Shown one piece after another: positions 47,220 through 58,150 of a DNA stretch of 64,000 nucleotides; the stretch's first letter is position 1, and each line of letters opens with the position of its first letter. Source of the stretch: Chitinophagaceae bacterium. GTDB lineage: Bacteria; Bacteroidota; Bacteroidia; Chitinophagales; Chitinophagaceae. The stretch is from contig PSMG01000005.1 in assembly GCA_040290035.1 (NCBI GenBank), positions 17,727 to 81,726 on the forward strand. Direction: 5' to 3'. The position numbers and the translations under genes were made by a program. Below the pieces are notes generated by a model that did no database searches, was not told the origin of the DNA, and saw nothing but the letters and a program-made list of their open reading frames with translations.

Positions 47220-49258
47220 CTAGACGCTTGCGGTAATGGTAAAATTGGCATTAGAAATATCAAAGAAGATATTACCAACTGCTTCCACTTTAATGCGTGC
47301 CGTGGTAGTAGCTGTATTTGGAATGGTTACTACCTCAGTACCATCGTTTGGTGTACTGGCAGCCAATACCGTTGGGAAGGTTTGTCCACCATCGGTAGAT
47401 AAAGAGATCTTTACATTGGCACAACTGATGGGTGCTGCTGTAGTACCGTTCACACTCCAGGTAATGGTTTGCGCAGAACCGCCAGCCCAGGTAACAGCTG
47501 TATTAGGCGCTGTGACTGCGAAAGGATCAGCTGTATCATTCACCGTTACTACCATGTCGGTATATTGTGTTTGACCTACACTAACAGGAGCGGTTGAACG
47601 ATAAACTGCATTGTCCCGAACAGTTAATCTAAAGTTTAACGTACGGGCTACAGAACTTAATGCTTCAATGTTGGCACCCGCATCGCCACCTGTTAGCGGA
47701 CCGGTAACCGTACCCCGGCCAGAATGGTTGACAATTGCGGAAAATACCTTGTAGGCGATGTAGTAGGTCTGAATGAAATCCAGTTAGGACCAGATGCTTT
47801 AGTAGGGCTTGCTACGCTACTAGCCCCTGTTTGAGAAGAGGAAGCGCTGTTGTTTTGCTCCCAGCAATAAGTTAGTACATCACCTGCGTTAGCGTCGGTA
47901 GCAGAACCAGTTAGTGCAAAAGGTGTGCTCTTTGGAATAGTATAATTGCTAACAGATGCTACAACCGGTGTGGCATTGGTTGATGAAATGCCTGTTGTAA
48001 CGGCGCACGTTTTAGTAGCCAAATTAGACTGTATCTGTGCAATGGATGCAGCGTGATAAAAGTCAAATGAGTGATTGGATAAATCCTGACTAGTGATACC
48101 TGCATAACCCATGATGGTAATACCAGAAACGGGTTCCACATTGACACCTGTACCTTCATTATTCATGGAGAAGGTGTGGTTAGCGCCTAACTGATGGCCT
48201 ACTTCGTGTACCACATAATCAATATCAAAATTGTCGTCTTGTGGAATACCATCGGCAGGAGAAGTGAAGCCACTACCTTTTGAGCCATTGGTACAAATAC
48301 AACCGATACAGCCAGCATTACCACCACCACCACCAGATGCACCAAACAGGTGACCGATGTCGTAATTGGCCTCACCAATTACATTGGTCAAGGTAGTTTG
48401 CAACTGGTTGTTCCAGGTACCGCCTGCGCCGGTAGAGGCGGGATCATACGGATCAGTAGAAGGATTATAATAAAAAACAGATGTTGTGTTTGCAATAAGG
48501 TTTAAATGCAAGGCCACGTCCTTTTCATACACACCGTTACAACGGGTAAGCGTGTTATTTACTGCTGCCAGTACAAAGTTTACCTGCGACGAACTGGTAG
48601 CTCCAAAGTAATTGGAATATTCTGCAGTAACGGATTGGGCTAGACGAAGTGTTTTTAAATCACCTGTTGAACGTGCAGCCATATTACCTACAGCATTATT
48701 CAAACCAGAAATAGCTCCCGCTTCGGGAGTACTGCATGTCCAGGGAATAGCACCACAATTACGTTGCGAACGATAAACAGCATATACAGTATGTTCGGCT
48801 GAATAAGGCTCGATAAATTCGTTGTCCTTTTCCGTACGAAAGACTATGGTTTGAATACCACGAGGTGATATACTCAATTTTACCGTTGCCGATCTATCGG
48901 TAATTCCCTTGCCGGAGTAAGCTCTTATCTCTGGGAAACGTTCCTGCAAGGCAGGCTTGAAGTTGGAAGCTTCGTACACTTCAAATTTTTCCAAAACGCC
49001 ATCCGCATTTGGTAATGAGATAACAGTAGACGTTTGTGCCGGTCGTTGGCAAACAATCCTGAATACTTCTCTTTGAAAAGAAGCAAAGTTTAGATTGAAT
49101 ACCCTTAGATCTGTAGGAAAGGTCAGCCGTGTTGTTGCCCTATCGGCCACAATACTGCTGCGTGCTGCATTGTTAACAGACCAGAAACGATCTGATTGTG
49201 AAAAAGCGTAAAGAGTGCATGTTACCAATAACGCAGTGACGAATAGAAGTCTATTCGT
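47220..49258 (-). pseudogene. Reprolysin-like (M12B) secreted zinc metalloprotease, broken
   Basis: HEVGHQLGANH and TIMGYAG Met-turn are intact. The expected start reads ACG (49256-58: acg-NRLLFVTALL..), there is a frameshift at C4 47713-47716, and the gene stops at 47220 with no T9SS C-terminal domain. Confidence 0.85.
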
Positions 49259-49430
49259 ATTGTTGATTTAGTGTGTGCGTGTGTGGAAGAAACAAATATA
49301 CTTATCTCTTTTTGGAAAAACCCAGGAGAGCAGAGGATTTTATTGCGCCTTGAGGCTAACCAGGGGTTATTATTTAGCGTGTTCGAAGAGAGCAAGATAG
49401 ATGTGCGTTACCATCTTTCCATGAAGAATA

Positions 49431-49631
49431 CTAGTCCTGCTTTCCCTTTGAATCTATATCCAGGTTGGAGGCAATGCCTAAATATTTGCCGCAGTCGGGG
49501 CAATAAATCTCGATTTCATCGGTCAGCAGTTGCGGTTCCAGCTCGGCATTTTTCCCTTTGCAGGACCAAGCACATTTTTCGCAGGTAATAATTTCTTCTT
49601 CGAACGTTTGAATAGCGTAGATGTGAGGCAT
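49431..49631 (-). CDS. Small CxxC-CxxC zinc-ribbon protein
   Basis: TCEKCAW...YCPDCG. Confidence 0.65.
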   Translation of the reverse strand: MPHIYAIQTFEEEIITCEKCAWSCKGKNAELEPQLLTDEIEIYCPDCGKYLGIASNLDIDSKGKQD

Positions 49632-49729
49632 AAAAGTAAATACGTATACCTCGTATTGATTGGTTTGGCTAATGAGCAGAAAGTTTTGATTTTAGGAGAA
49701 AGTTTATAACCAGGACTAAGTAGTATTTT

Positions 49730-50058
49730 GTAGAGAAGTTGTTCAGCTTTTTCATACACTTCGCTCATTAATTCTTTAGAAGGATCGATAATGCATTGTT
49801 ATTCTGTGAAGTATGCATCAGTTTTTTCAGCTACAATCATCATAATCTTATTCCAACCAATGGAACGATAATAGTAATGATGTATAGAGCCGTCTTCCAA
49901 TCTAAAGACCAATGCAGGCCGTTCAATGACCGTTACCGTATCATCGTACACCCTCTTCCTTTGTTTGATGCTCTACTGCACAAACCGAGATGGGTAATAA
50001 ACGAGATGGGTAATAAAACAGTATTGCCCAAAGGGTCTTTTAATTCTAAGTCTGCCAT
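49730..50058 (-). pseudogene. Hypothetical protein broken by a 16-bp tandem duplication, a +1 indel and a nonsense codon
   Basis: MADLELKDPLGNTVLLP / VYDDTVTVIERPALV...YYYRSIGWNKIM...TE*QCIIDPSKELMSEVYEKAEQL; CGAGATGGGTAATAAA is duplicated at 49986-50017; the 3' end is uncertain. Confidence 0.65.
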
Positions 50059-50159
50059 TAGCTGCTCCGCTTAACATAACGCAGCAATCTCTATACCACT
50101 CATTATATTTTTTATGAATAACTTATAACCCCGAGCTATTGTTTGCAACCAAGGGCTAT

Positions 50160-50197
50160 AATTCAAAACATCCACGCCAAGGTGGATGTTTTGAATT
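50160..50197. terminator. Long bidirectional terminator hairpin
   Basis: AATTCAAAACATCCAC-gccaag-GTGGATGTTTTGAATT, perfect 16-bp arms. Confidence 0.8.
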
Positions 50198-50210
50198 AGC
50201 ATTTGTTCTT

Positions 50211-50873
50211 TTATTTAGTTTTCTTTTTTTTCAATTCTTCAAGCCTAGCACGTTCAGCATTTACCACTTTTAACTGGTTTTCCTGCTGCTGTTTGTTGCT
50301 CTTCAATTGCTCCTCGAGGTCTTTGATCTTTTTAGCGAGCTCAGCCCCATCGTTTTGCAGCCTGCCGTATTTTTTCTCAGCTGTTTTTACGGTCTCGTCC
50401 TGCGATTGGATATCAACATCTAATTTATAAGCAGCGCTTTTCTCCAGTACGCTGTTTAAAAAACCTTGAGCTACGGTATACGTTTTAGCATCGCTTTCAG
50501 CGGATAAGTATTCCTCTCCTCTTGCCATCATCATATATACTAATGATTGCGGCGTTTCTTTTTTTCCTTTTTGTTCTACTTTGATATAGAGATCAACTAA
50601 CTTATCGTTTAATTCTTTCAGCGAAACGTTTTTGAAAACATAATAACCATTAATGGTGTTTTTCTTGCCAAACAACGGGCTTGAAGATTCCGGATTGAAG
50701 CCCATCTCTTTCATTTTTTGCAGGATAGCTCCCTCTGCAATTTCGGGTGCGTAAGGTAGCAATAACATCAATGCAGGACGGGTAGCTTTGTTGTACGAAA
50801 CCGTGGTAGCTGTTGATTGTGCAAACGAGGTATACGTAACAAGCACAAGTGCAGCAAGCAGCAATTTTTTCAT
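50211..50873 (-). CDS. Secreted protein with a C-terminal coiled coil
   Basis: Signal peptide MKKLLLAALVLVTYTSFA/Q from 50873; heptad-rich tail. Confidence 0.75.
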   Translation of the reverse strand: MKKLLLAALVLVTYTSFAQSTATTVSYNKATRPALMLLLPYAPEIAEGAILQKMKEMGFNPESSSPLFGKKNTINGYYVFKNVSLKELNDKLVDLYIKVEQKGKKETPQSLVYMMMARGEEYLSAESDAKTYTVAQGFLNSVLEKSAAYKLDVDIQSQDETVKTAEKKYGRLQNDGAELAKKIKDLEEQLKSNKQQQENQLKVVNAERARLEELKKKKTK

Positions 50874-51114
50874 TTTGGTGGTTTTTCTTTTTATCTTTTG
50901 AAATGGCTTATAAGCGCCTAAAATAAAGGACTTCGGCCAATGCATCAAATAAAGAATCAATAATTTTGGGCTTCATTTACCTATTGGCAATTTGCATTTT
51001 GATTTCTGATAAAGACAATTACTTTTGTGCACTAGTAATGTTTATCACCCAACTTTCCGAAACAATCAAAAGCACCACGTGTTTTGTGGCTCTTTCAACG
51101 AGGAGGCTGAAGAT

Positions 51115-51360
51115 ATGACGCTGTTTGATTTTAAACTGCTCGGTATGGAAGACCAGATTGAGCAAGTGTATAGAGAAGGTGTTTACATTGGTAAAAGAAG
51201 AATGCTAGAACAATTTGTACTACTGTACCAGGTAGAAAGTTTTTACGTGGAGTTGTATTACAAGAAGTACCGGCAAAGTGTGTTAAGCATTAAATGTTCT
51301 GCATCGACCAGTATTTTAGATCCTTACTTAGAACAAATAGAAGTGGAAGACTGGGCATAG
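51115..51360 (+). CDS. Hypothetical 81-aa protein
   Basis: MTLFDFKLL..DQI..V...GVYIGKR..LYQVESFYVELYY..LDPYLEQI; start moved to ATG 51115. Confidence 0.7.
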   Translation: MTLFDFKLLGMEDQIEQVYREGVYIGKRRMLEQFVLLYQVESFYVELYYKKYRQSVLSIKCSASTSILDPYLEQIEVEDWA

Positions 51361-51386
51361 TCTAAAAACAAGCCACCATTAATGCC

Positions 51387-51836
51387 ATGACAAAATCGAT
51401 AACGCCGAAGAACATTGTTTTGTACGCAGATGATGATGTAGATGATTTGGAACTGGTGCAAGATGCGTTTGCCAAATATTCGAGAGATGTAGAAGTGATC
51501 ACTGCACGTGACGGCAAGGAAGCTTTGCGCATTTTGCAAAAGCTTTCTCCACTTGATCCTAAGCCTTGCCTGATCATCCTGGATGTAAACATGCCTGTAA
51601 TGGATGGTAAGGAAGCACTGGTAAGGATCAGAGAAATGGATGCATTCGACGATGTGCCTGTTGTTTTGTTCACTACTTCTTCTATGCCGATTGATAAGAA
51701 TTTTGCCAGACAGTTCAATGCCGGTTTTATTACCAAGCCGCTTGATATAAAACAAATGGAACTGATTACCGAACAGTTCATTGATCATTGCACAGACGAA
51801 ATTAAAAAGAAAATACGCAGACAAATTGGTAACTAA
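51387..51836 (+). CDS. Single-domain response regulator
   Basis: YADDDVDD, IILDVNMPVMDG, FTTS, FITKP. Confidence 0.93.
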   Translation: MTKSITPKNIVLYADDDVDDLELVQDAFAKYSRDVEVITARDGKEALRILQKLSPLDPKPCLIILDVNMPVMDGKEALVRIREMDAFDDVPVVLFTTSSMPIDKNFARQFNAGFITKPLDIKQMELITEQFIDHCTDEIKKKIRRQIGN

Positions 51837-51844
51837 ATCATACA

Positions 51845-51968
51845 ATAAAAGCCTCTTGTAAGAGGCTTTTACGTTGGTGTTCGTCATTGTCAGAGGGTAG
51901 ACTTAAAAGGTTTCCATAGGAATCAGTTGTCAGTCGCTGCGCTGCTAAAAGTAAATACTATGCCAAAA
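51845..51968 (-). ncRNA. Candidate sigma54-like short transcript B
   Basis: TTTGGCATAGTATTTAC (51967-51951), METF* (51917-51903), ACGAACACCA (51884-51875), terminator AAAAGCCTCT-tgta-AGAGGCTTTT (51847-51870). Confidence 0.55.
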
Positions 51969-52129
51969 ACTTAGCCTGCGCAGTTTTACGATAAAATCAT
52001 TTGTATTTCAACCTTAGTAATGAAGTGGAAGTGCTCTTTTATGAGCCGATGCTGCCGAGTAGCTTTGTTGTTCAAAGCAGTTTTCTCTTGAGCAATTAGT
52101 TTGGTAAGCCTGTGTATCTACACAGGCTT

Positions 52130-52726
52130 TTATTTTACTACAGGTTTATAGCGTGCCTGCTGTGTACTTAGCTTTTGCAATAGGGCTTTTATTTTTTCTA
52201 CACCAATTTTTTGGCTCCATTCAAAAGGACCATATGGATAATTGGTGCCGAGCTTCATAGCGACATCTATTTCTTCTTTTGTACTTACACCTTCTTTTAA
52301 TGCGTAGTAAGCTTCGTTTACGATCATGCTAATGACACGAGGTGTGATGAAGCCAACTACATCAGTTACCCAGCGTATTGTTTTATTGAATTGCTGGAAG
52401 ATGCTTTCGGCTAATTCTTTTTTGCTTCCGTCGATGCAAACCGCTTCGACGACAGCTGCTTTTAATAAGGTAGGCCAACCGTTGATACGAATAAAGGAAG
52501 GATCGATTTCGGGCAGTGTATGTTCAACACTATTAACGATCACTAATGAAGTAGCGGTCTGTAACTTTTGAATACGTTCGGTTTTGTTCTCAAACAATAA
52601 ATCAACAATAACTTCTGCTTCACTTGATAATTCACTTAGATCATTGATCCAAACAGCATCTTGTGGCGCACCGATACTACACAACTCTTCTTTTAATTCA
52701 TCATTAGCAATAATTACTAATTGCAT
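52130..52726 (-). CDS. 3-hydroxyacyl-CoA dehydrogenase family protein (degenerate N-terminus)
   Basis: GFITPRVISMIVNEAY, IDVAMKLGTNYPYGP; no GxGxxG motif; start moved to ATG 52726. Confidence 0.85.
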   Translation of the reverse strand: MQLVIIANDELKEELCSIGAPQDAVWINDLSELSSEAEVIVDLLFENKTERIQKLQTATSLVIVNSVEHTLPEIDPSFIRINGWPTLLKAAVVEAVCIDGSKKELAESIFQQFNKTIRWVTDVVGFITPRVISMIVNEAYYALKEGVSTKEEIDVAMKLGTNYPYGPFEWSQKIGVEKIKALLQKLSTQQARYKPVVK

Positions 52727-52743
52727 ATTCCAACAATTGAAAC

Positions 52744-52824
52744 ACGAATTACACGAATGATTGCCAATTAGGCAAATAATAGTCTTGGGTGATTTGAAAT
52801 AATTCTTCAATTCGTGTCATTCGC
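52744..52824. repeat. REP-like palindromic element
   Basis: ACGAATTACACGAAT (52744-58) and ATTCGTGTCATTCGC (52810-24) are 13/15 complementary, with internal heptad periodicity. Confidence 0.6.
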
Positions 52825-52846
52825 ATTATTCATGTAGTAAATTCGT

Positions 52847-53230
52847 GTGATGGAAAAACAAATCATTAATACACCCAATGCTCCAGCACCCATTGGTCCT
52901 TACAACCAGGCAGTACTCGTAAACGATACTCTATACATTTCCGGGCAAATATGCATTGATCCCACTACAGGCAATTTAAAAAACAGAGATATACAGGAAG
53001 AAACACACCAGGTAATGCAAAACCTAAAGTCTATTTTAAGCGCAGCCGGAATGAGCTTTGACAATGTGGTGAAAACAACGATCTTTATTACAGACATGAA
53101 TCGCTTTAGCGAGATCAACGAGATCTATGGCAAATATTTTAACGGCGAATTTCCTGCAAGAGAAACAGTACAGGTGTCAGCTTTGCCTAAGTTTATGAAT
53201 GTAGAGATCAGCATGATTGCTGTGAAATAA
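52847..53230 (+). CDS. ridA: RidA/YjgF enamine deaminase
   Basis: APAPIGPYNQAV, YISGQI, FPARETVQV, VEISMIA. Confidence 0.93.
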   Translation: MMEKQIINTPNAPAPIGPYNQAVLVNDTLYISGQICIDPTTGNLKNRDIQEETHQVMQNLKSILSAAGMSFDNVVKTTIFITDMNRFSEINEIYGKYFNGEFPARETVQVSALPKFMNVEISMIAVK

Positions 53231-53264
53231 TTTTTAGTTGGTAGTTGAATCTTTAACCAATTAT

Positions 53265-54809
53265 ATGCGTTCAACTCTTTTCATCCTTTTCCTGTGTTTG
53301 GTTGTTACCCCTACTATGGCGCAAAAAATAGAAACACCAGATGAGTTATACGGCGATTTGTTTGTAGATGTACAGATGAGTCATATTTTTCCGGACAGTA
53401 AAACCTTTGTTGATTGTATCCCGAAACGTGATCCAAAAGCCATTGTTACAGATTATAAAAAGATCAAAAACAATCCCGCCATACGGTTTAGTTTAAAGCT
53501 TTTTGTAGAAGAGAATTTTATTGTTCCGCAAGTACCGCAAACTGATTTTGTTACCAAGGGCAAGGATATTGTTCAACATATTAATAATCTTTGGGTAGCG
53601 CTGCGCAGACGAAGCGACACCTTAAAAAATCGTGGCAGCCTGTTGCCTTTGCCCAAAGAATATATTATTCCCGGTGGCCGCTTTCGTGAGATTTATTACT
53701 GGGATTCTTATTTCACTTTGCTAGGATTGAGAGAAAGCAAGCAGTACGATTTGATCGAGCACATGATCCAAAACTTTGCTTATCTAATCAACACGTATGG
53801 ACATATGCCTAACGGCAATAGAACTTATTATTTGAGTCGATCGCAGCCGCCTTTCTTTTCCCTGATGGTAGATCTGCTGGCAGGTATTAAAGGCAAGAAT
53901 GTATACGCCACTTATTTACCTGCTTTGGAAAAAGAGTATGCTTACTGGATGGATAAAACAGCACCTACACAACATGTAGTTAAGATGCCGGATGGTAGTG
54001 TGTTGAATCGTTATTGGGATCAATTATCAAAGCCACGACAAGAATCCTATGCAGAAGATGTAACGGTAGCAAAAACGGTTGCTGAAAAAGACAGAGCTGC
54101 TTTATATAAAAACTTTCGTTCGGGTGCTGAAAGCGGTTGGGATTTTAGCAGCAGATGGATGAAGGATGGAAAGAACTTAAATACCTTACAAACAACAAAT
54201 CTAATTCCTGTAGATTTGAATTGTTTGCTTTATCACTTAGAGCAAACATTAGCAAACACCTATCAACAAAAAGAAAACAAAATCAAAGCGGCACAATTAC
54301 AAAAGGCAGCGCAACATCGCAAAGAAGCCATCAATCATTATTGCTGGTCGAAGGAGCAAGGATTTTATGTTGATTACGCCATTGCAGAAAAAAAGCAATC
54401 TCCGCACTTAACACTTGCGGGCATGTTTCCTTTTTTTATGCAGCTTGCCAACGCATCGCACATGGATGTTGCAAAAAAAATTATTACGGAAAAATTTTTG
54501 CAATCCGGTGGCGTTGTAACCACACTTATTACAACAGGGCAACAATGGGATGCACCGAATGGCTGGGCGCCTTTGCAATGGATAACGGTAGTGGGTTTGG
54601 AAAATTATCACCAAGCCGAATTAGCAAAGATCATTGCCAGTCGGTGGATTTTCTTGAACAAACGTGTGTTTGATGTCACCGGCAAGCTGCTAGAAAAATA
54701 TGATGTGGTAGATGCCAATAAACCAGGAGGTGGCGGCGAGTATCCATCACAAGATGGCTTTGGATGGACAAACGGTGTGTTATTGGCGCTAATAAGTAAA
54801 TACCAATAA
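53265..54809 (+). CDS. treA: Secreted alpha,alpha-trehalase (GH37)
   Basis: DSKTFVD, PGGRFREIYYWDSY, AESGWDFS, QWDAPNGWAPLQW, QDGFGWTNGV. Confidence 0.93.
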   Translation: MRSTLFILFLCLVVTPTMAQKIETPDELYGDLFVDVQMSHIFPDSKTFVDCIPKRDPKAIVTDYKKIKNNPAIRFSLKLFVEENFIVPQVPQTDFVTKGKDIVQHINNLWVALRRRSDTLKNRGSLLPLPKEYIIPGGRFREIYYWDSYFTLLGLRESKQYDLIEHMIQNFAYLINTYGHMPNGNRTYYLSRSQPPFFSLMVDLLAGIKGKNVYATYLPALEKEYAYWMDKTAPTQHVVKMPDGSVLNRYWDQLSKPRQESYAEDVTVAKTVAEKDRAALYKNFRSGAESGWDFSSRWMKDGKNLNTLQTTNLIPVDLNCLLYHLEQTLANTYQQKENKIKAAQLQKAAQHRKEAINHYCWSKEQGFYVDYAIAEKKQSPHLTLAGMFPFFMQLANASHMDVAKKIITEKFLQSGGVVTTLITTGQQWDAPNGWAPLQWITVVGLENYHQAELAKIIASRWIFLNKRVFDVTGKLLEKYDVVDANKPGGGGEYPSQDGFGWTNGVLLALISKYQ

Positions 54810-54810
54810 G

Positions 54811-55893
54811 ATGTTGTGGTTGCGCAAGCTGCTTTTTAAACCAGTGCTTTGGCTCTCCAACAAACTATCTTCACGACCCAAGAAAGAAGCGGTGTTTGGT
54901 GCACTTACTGATTTGTATAACAATATTCAGCAAGGAGCAATAAAGAAAGGTCTAGTTATTCCGTTCGAATGCAATACAGGCAGGTTTATCATTTTTTCTG
55001 ATCAACACAAAGGCGCTAAGAACGGTGCTGATGATTTTGCCACCAACGAAAACAATTATTTAACAGCACTTAATTATTACTACGAGCAGGGCTTTCATTT
55101 CATTGCGATGGGTGATTGCGAAGAGCTTTGGGAGAACACTATTCTTGCCGTAAAAAAACATCAACAGCCTTCATTTGAAAGGGAAGGAAAGTTCATTCCT
55201 AAAAATGCGTTCATCAAAATATTTGGCAACCACGATTTGTACTGGAGCAATGATCCGTTTGCACGGTTGCAGTTGAAAGATATTTTTAAAGAAGACGTGC
55301 CCATTTATGAAGGCGTTGTTTTGCAAACAACCATACAACAACAAACACTCAATATTTTTTGTACGCACGGTCATCAAGGTGACGCTATGAGCGATGGTAA
55401 TTGGTTCAGTAAGTTTTTTGTGTCGAAATTATGGGCGCCTACGCAAATGCTGCTAAAGATCAATCCTAACACGCCTGCTTACGATGCACAATTAAAAACG
55501 CTTCACAATAGGCTGATGTACGAATGGAGTTCGCAGCAGCAGAATGTATTATTGATCACCGGACATACACATCAACCTGTATTTAAATCGCTAACACATA
55601 TTGAAAGTTTGTACCAACAACTATTGGAAGCACAAGCAAAAAATGATACCGACAATATTGCTACTATTGAAAAAGAAATTGCCTTGCGCAAGTTTGCCTA
55701 CAATAACATTTCAAATGACTATTTACAATTGAAGCCTTGTTACTTCAACAGTGGTTGCTGTTGTTATGACGACGGGGACGTTACCGGCATTGAAATAGAT
55801 GAGGGCTGCATTCGGTTGATCAAATGGCATTCGAGTGCGAATGATCCGCAGCGCATTGTTTTAAACGAAGCCATTTTAGAGAACCTCTTATAA
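54811..55893 (+). CDS. Calcineurin-like metallophosphoesterase
   Basis: SDQH, GDCEE, GNHD, THGH, GHTH, NSG. Confidence 0.88.
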   Translation: MLWLRKLLFKPVLWLSNKLSSRPKKEAVFGALTDLYNNIQQGAIKKGLVIPFECNTGRFIIFSDQHKGAKNGADDFATNENNYLTALNYYYEQGFHFIAMGDCEELWENTILAVKKHQQPSFEREGKFIPKNAFIKIFGNHDLYWSNDPFARLQLKDIFKEDVPIYEGVVLQTTIQQQTLNIFCTHGHQGDAMSDGNWFSKFFVSKLWAPTQMLLKINPNTPAYDAQLKTLHNRLMYEWSSQQQNVLLITGHTHQPVFKSLTHIESLYQQLLEAQAKNDTDNIATIEKEIALRKFAYNNISNDYLQLKPCYFNSGCCCYDDGDVTGIEIDEGCIRLIKWHSSANDPQRIVLNEAILENLL

Positions 55894-55939
55894 CAACAAA
55901 AGCCCATGAAGGGCTTTTGTTTATAGAATGAGCTTTGTA

Positions 55940-57886
55940 TTACTGACCACGCCATGTGTTGTTGGCACGGTTTACATCAGGTAATTTCTTATCAGGATCT
56001 AATATTACTTCTGTGATACGTGAAGTGGTGGGTACGGTGAACGTCCATGTAGAGCTGCGTTGCCATACTTCTATTGGCAAGGTTATTCTTCTTGTACTAC
56101 CATTTGCTTCTTTAATAGAAGCAATCACCGGCATAGCCATGCGATCTAAATTCTGAATAGTGATCTTAGCGCCGTTCGCTACATTGTTATCATTGTAAGC
56201 AACGCCTGTTACGGCCTGATCTAAACTATAATTAGTAAACACCCATTCTCTCCAAAACCAACTTAAATCTTCACCTGCTGCATTTTCCATACTGTGGAAA
56301 AAATCATATGGTGTTGGGTGCTTGAATGCCCAGCGGTGCACATAGGTTCGGAATGCAGAATCGAAACGTTCAGGCCCAAGCACTACATCACGTAAGGCAT
56401 CGAGCATCATGCCTGGTTTTAAGTAAGCAGATACACCTAAGCTTTGTTGTTGAATAACATCAGGCGCCGTCCAAAGCGGATCCACTTGATCGGAGAATAC
56501 CTGTTTCAACATTTCATCGCCAGGGAAAAAGGTGAACGAAGCAAACTCGCCTTTGTTAAACTCTTTGGTTGATAAACCATTGATGAATGTGTTGAAACCC
56601 TCATCCATCCAGGCATATTTACGTTCGTTACTGCCCACAATCATTGGGAACCAAGTATGACCAAACTCATGATCGGTTACACCCCAAAGATTAGCGCCGC
56701 TATCATTGGCGCTGCAGAATACAATGCCCGGATATTCCATACCGCCTACGATACCAGCTACGTTGGTAGCAACAGGATACGGAAATTCAAACCACATACT
56801 GGAATAATGTTCGATAGCACCCTTGGTGAATTCGGTGCTGCGTTGCCAGCCATCTTGCTTAATGCTTTCGACCGGATAAGCACTCATGGCTAATGATTTT
56901 TTCCCGCCAGGTAAGTTAATGCGAGCTGCATCCCATACAAATGCTCTTGAAGCTGCCCAGGCAGCGTCACGGGTATTATTTATCTTAAAATGCCAGGTAA
57001 GCTTTGCTCCCGATGGTCTTGTGCGAGGATCGGTAACTTCTTGTGCAGAGCGAATCATTACCGTTTTATCACTGTTTCGGGCAGTTGCCAGACGGCTAAT
57101 CTGCGTTGCGGTCAACACTTCTTTTTCGTTTACTAATTCACCTGAACCAACAATGATCAAATTGGCCGGGGCTGTTATAGTATAATCAATATCACCATAC
57201 TCCAAGTAAAACTCTCCTTGTCCTAAATAAGGTAAGGTGTTCCAACCTTGCACGTCATCGTACACGGCCATGCGAGGATACCATTGCGCTATTTCATAAA
57301 TCCACCCGTTTTTGGTAAGCAGGCGGCCCATGCGGTCGCTGCCATATTCCGGAACGGTGAAATCATAAGAGATGAACAATTTCACCTTATTACCTGCGCC
57401 TTTTAAAGCACCTTGCAGCCATACCTGCATGCGTGTGTCGGTGATGCTGTATTTAGGTGTATAGCGTTTGCCAGCAATGTCTATTGAAATTGATTTAATC
57501 ACCTCGCCTTGTGTAAAGGCTGCATTGGCCCAACGTCCACCTGCTTGTGTTGTGGTTGCAGTAGCTCTTGATTCCTGCTTGTAAATATTTTGATCTAATT
57601 GCAGCCATAAGAATTTCAAACCATCCGGGCTGTTGTTGGTATATGTAATCTCCACATCGCCTGTAACACGATGCGCTGTGGTGTCTAAAGTGCAGGCAAT
57701 TTTATAGTCTGCACGATTTTGCCAATAACGAGGGCCGGGCTCACCACTTGCACTGCGAAACTCAGTACCTGTTTGCGGATAAAAGCCAGGGGCAAATAAT
57801 TCTCTCGGATTGTAGCGGGATTGTTGTTGTGCAAAGCCAGCCAATAAAAAACAATTTGTCAATAGGAATAGTGATACTTTCTTCAT
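55940..57886 (-). CDS. M1 family metallopeptidase
   Basis: GGMEYP, HEFGH-x18-E (WMDEG), signal peptide. Confidence 0.93.
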   Translation of the reverse strand: MKKVSLFLLTNCFLLAGFAQQQSRYNPRELFAPGFYPQTGTEFRSASGEPGPRYWQNRADYKIACTLDTTAHRVTGDVEITYTNNSPDGLKFLWLQLDQNIYKQESRATATTTQAGGRWANAAFTQGEVIKSISIDIAGKRYTPKYSITDTRMQVWLQGALKGAGNKVKLFISYDFTVPEYGSDRMGRLLTKNGWIYEIAQWYPRMAVYDDVQGWNTLPYLGQGEFYLEYGDIDYTITAPANLIIVGSGELVNEKEVLTATQISRLATARNSDKTVMIRSAQEVTDPRTRPSGAKLTWHFKINNTRDAAWAASRAFVWDAARINLPGGKKSLAMSAYPVESIKQDGWQRSTEFTKGAIEHYSSMWFEFPYPVATNVAGIVGGMEYPGIVFCSANDSGANLWGVTDHEFGHTWFPMIVGSNERKYAWMDEGFNTFINGLSTKEFNKGEFASFTFFPGDEMLKQVFSDQVDPLWTAPDVIQQQSLGVSAYLKPGMMLDALRDVVLGPERFDSAFRTYVHRWAFKHPTPYDFFHSMENAAGEDLSWFWREWVFTNYSLDQAVTGVAYNDNNVANGAKITIQNLDRMAMPVIASIKEANGSTRRITLPIEVWQRSSTWTFTVPTTSRITEVILDPDKKLPDVNRANNTWRGQ

Positions 57887-57975
57887 AGTTCTAGAACATT
57901 AGTAAGGGAAGTTAGAATTTTTAGAGGAATACATTGGTGTTATGAATTGCATAAAAATTATGCCTTAGTGTTTTG

Positions 57976-58053
57976 AACCACGAAGGCATAAAGACACAGA
58001 GGAACACAAAGAAAAAAATCTTTGTACAACTTAGTGGCTTCGTGTCTTTGGTT
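57976..58053. repeat. REP-like imperfect palindrome with CACGAAG/GACAC units
   Basis: AACCACGAAGGCATAAAGACAC...CACAAAG is mirrored by CTTTGT...GCTTCGTGTCTTTGGTT. Confidence 0.55.
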
Positions 58054-58150
58054 TTTCTTATCGCTCGATAGATTTCCTGAACGTATAAAGCTTAGTACCA
58101 AATAAAAAGAGCTTCCGATGAAGCTCTTTTTTATCAGAATGATGATATGA

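Noticed and set aside
49523-49768. 81-aa ORF MSEVYEKAEQ.. as an independent gene
   Set aside because: Its start is the in-frame tail of the upstream pseudogene, and its end overlaps the zinc-ribbon gene in another frame.
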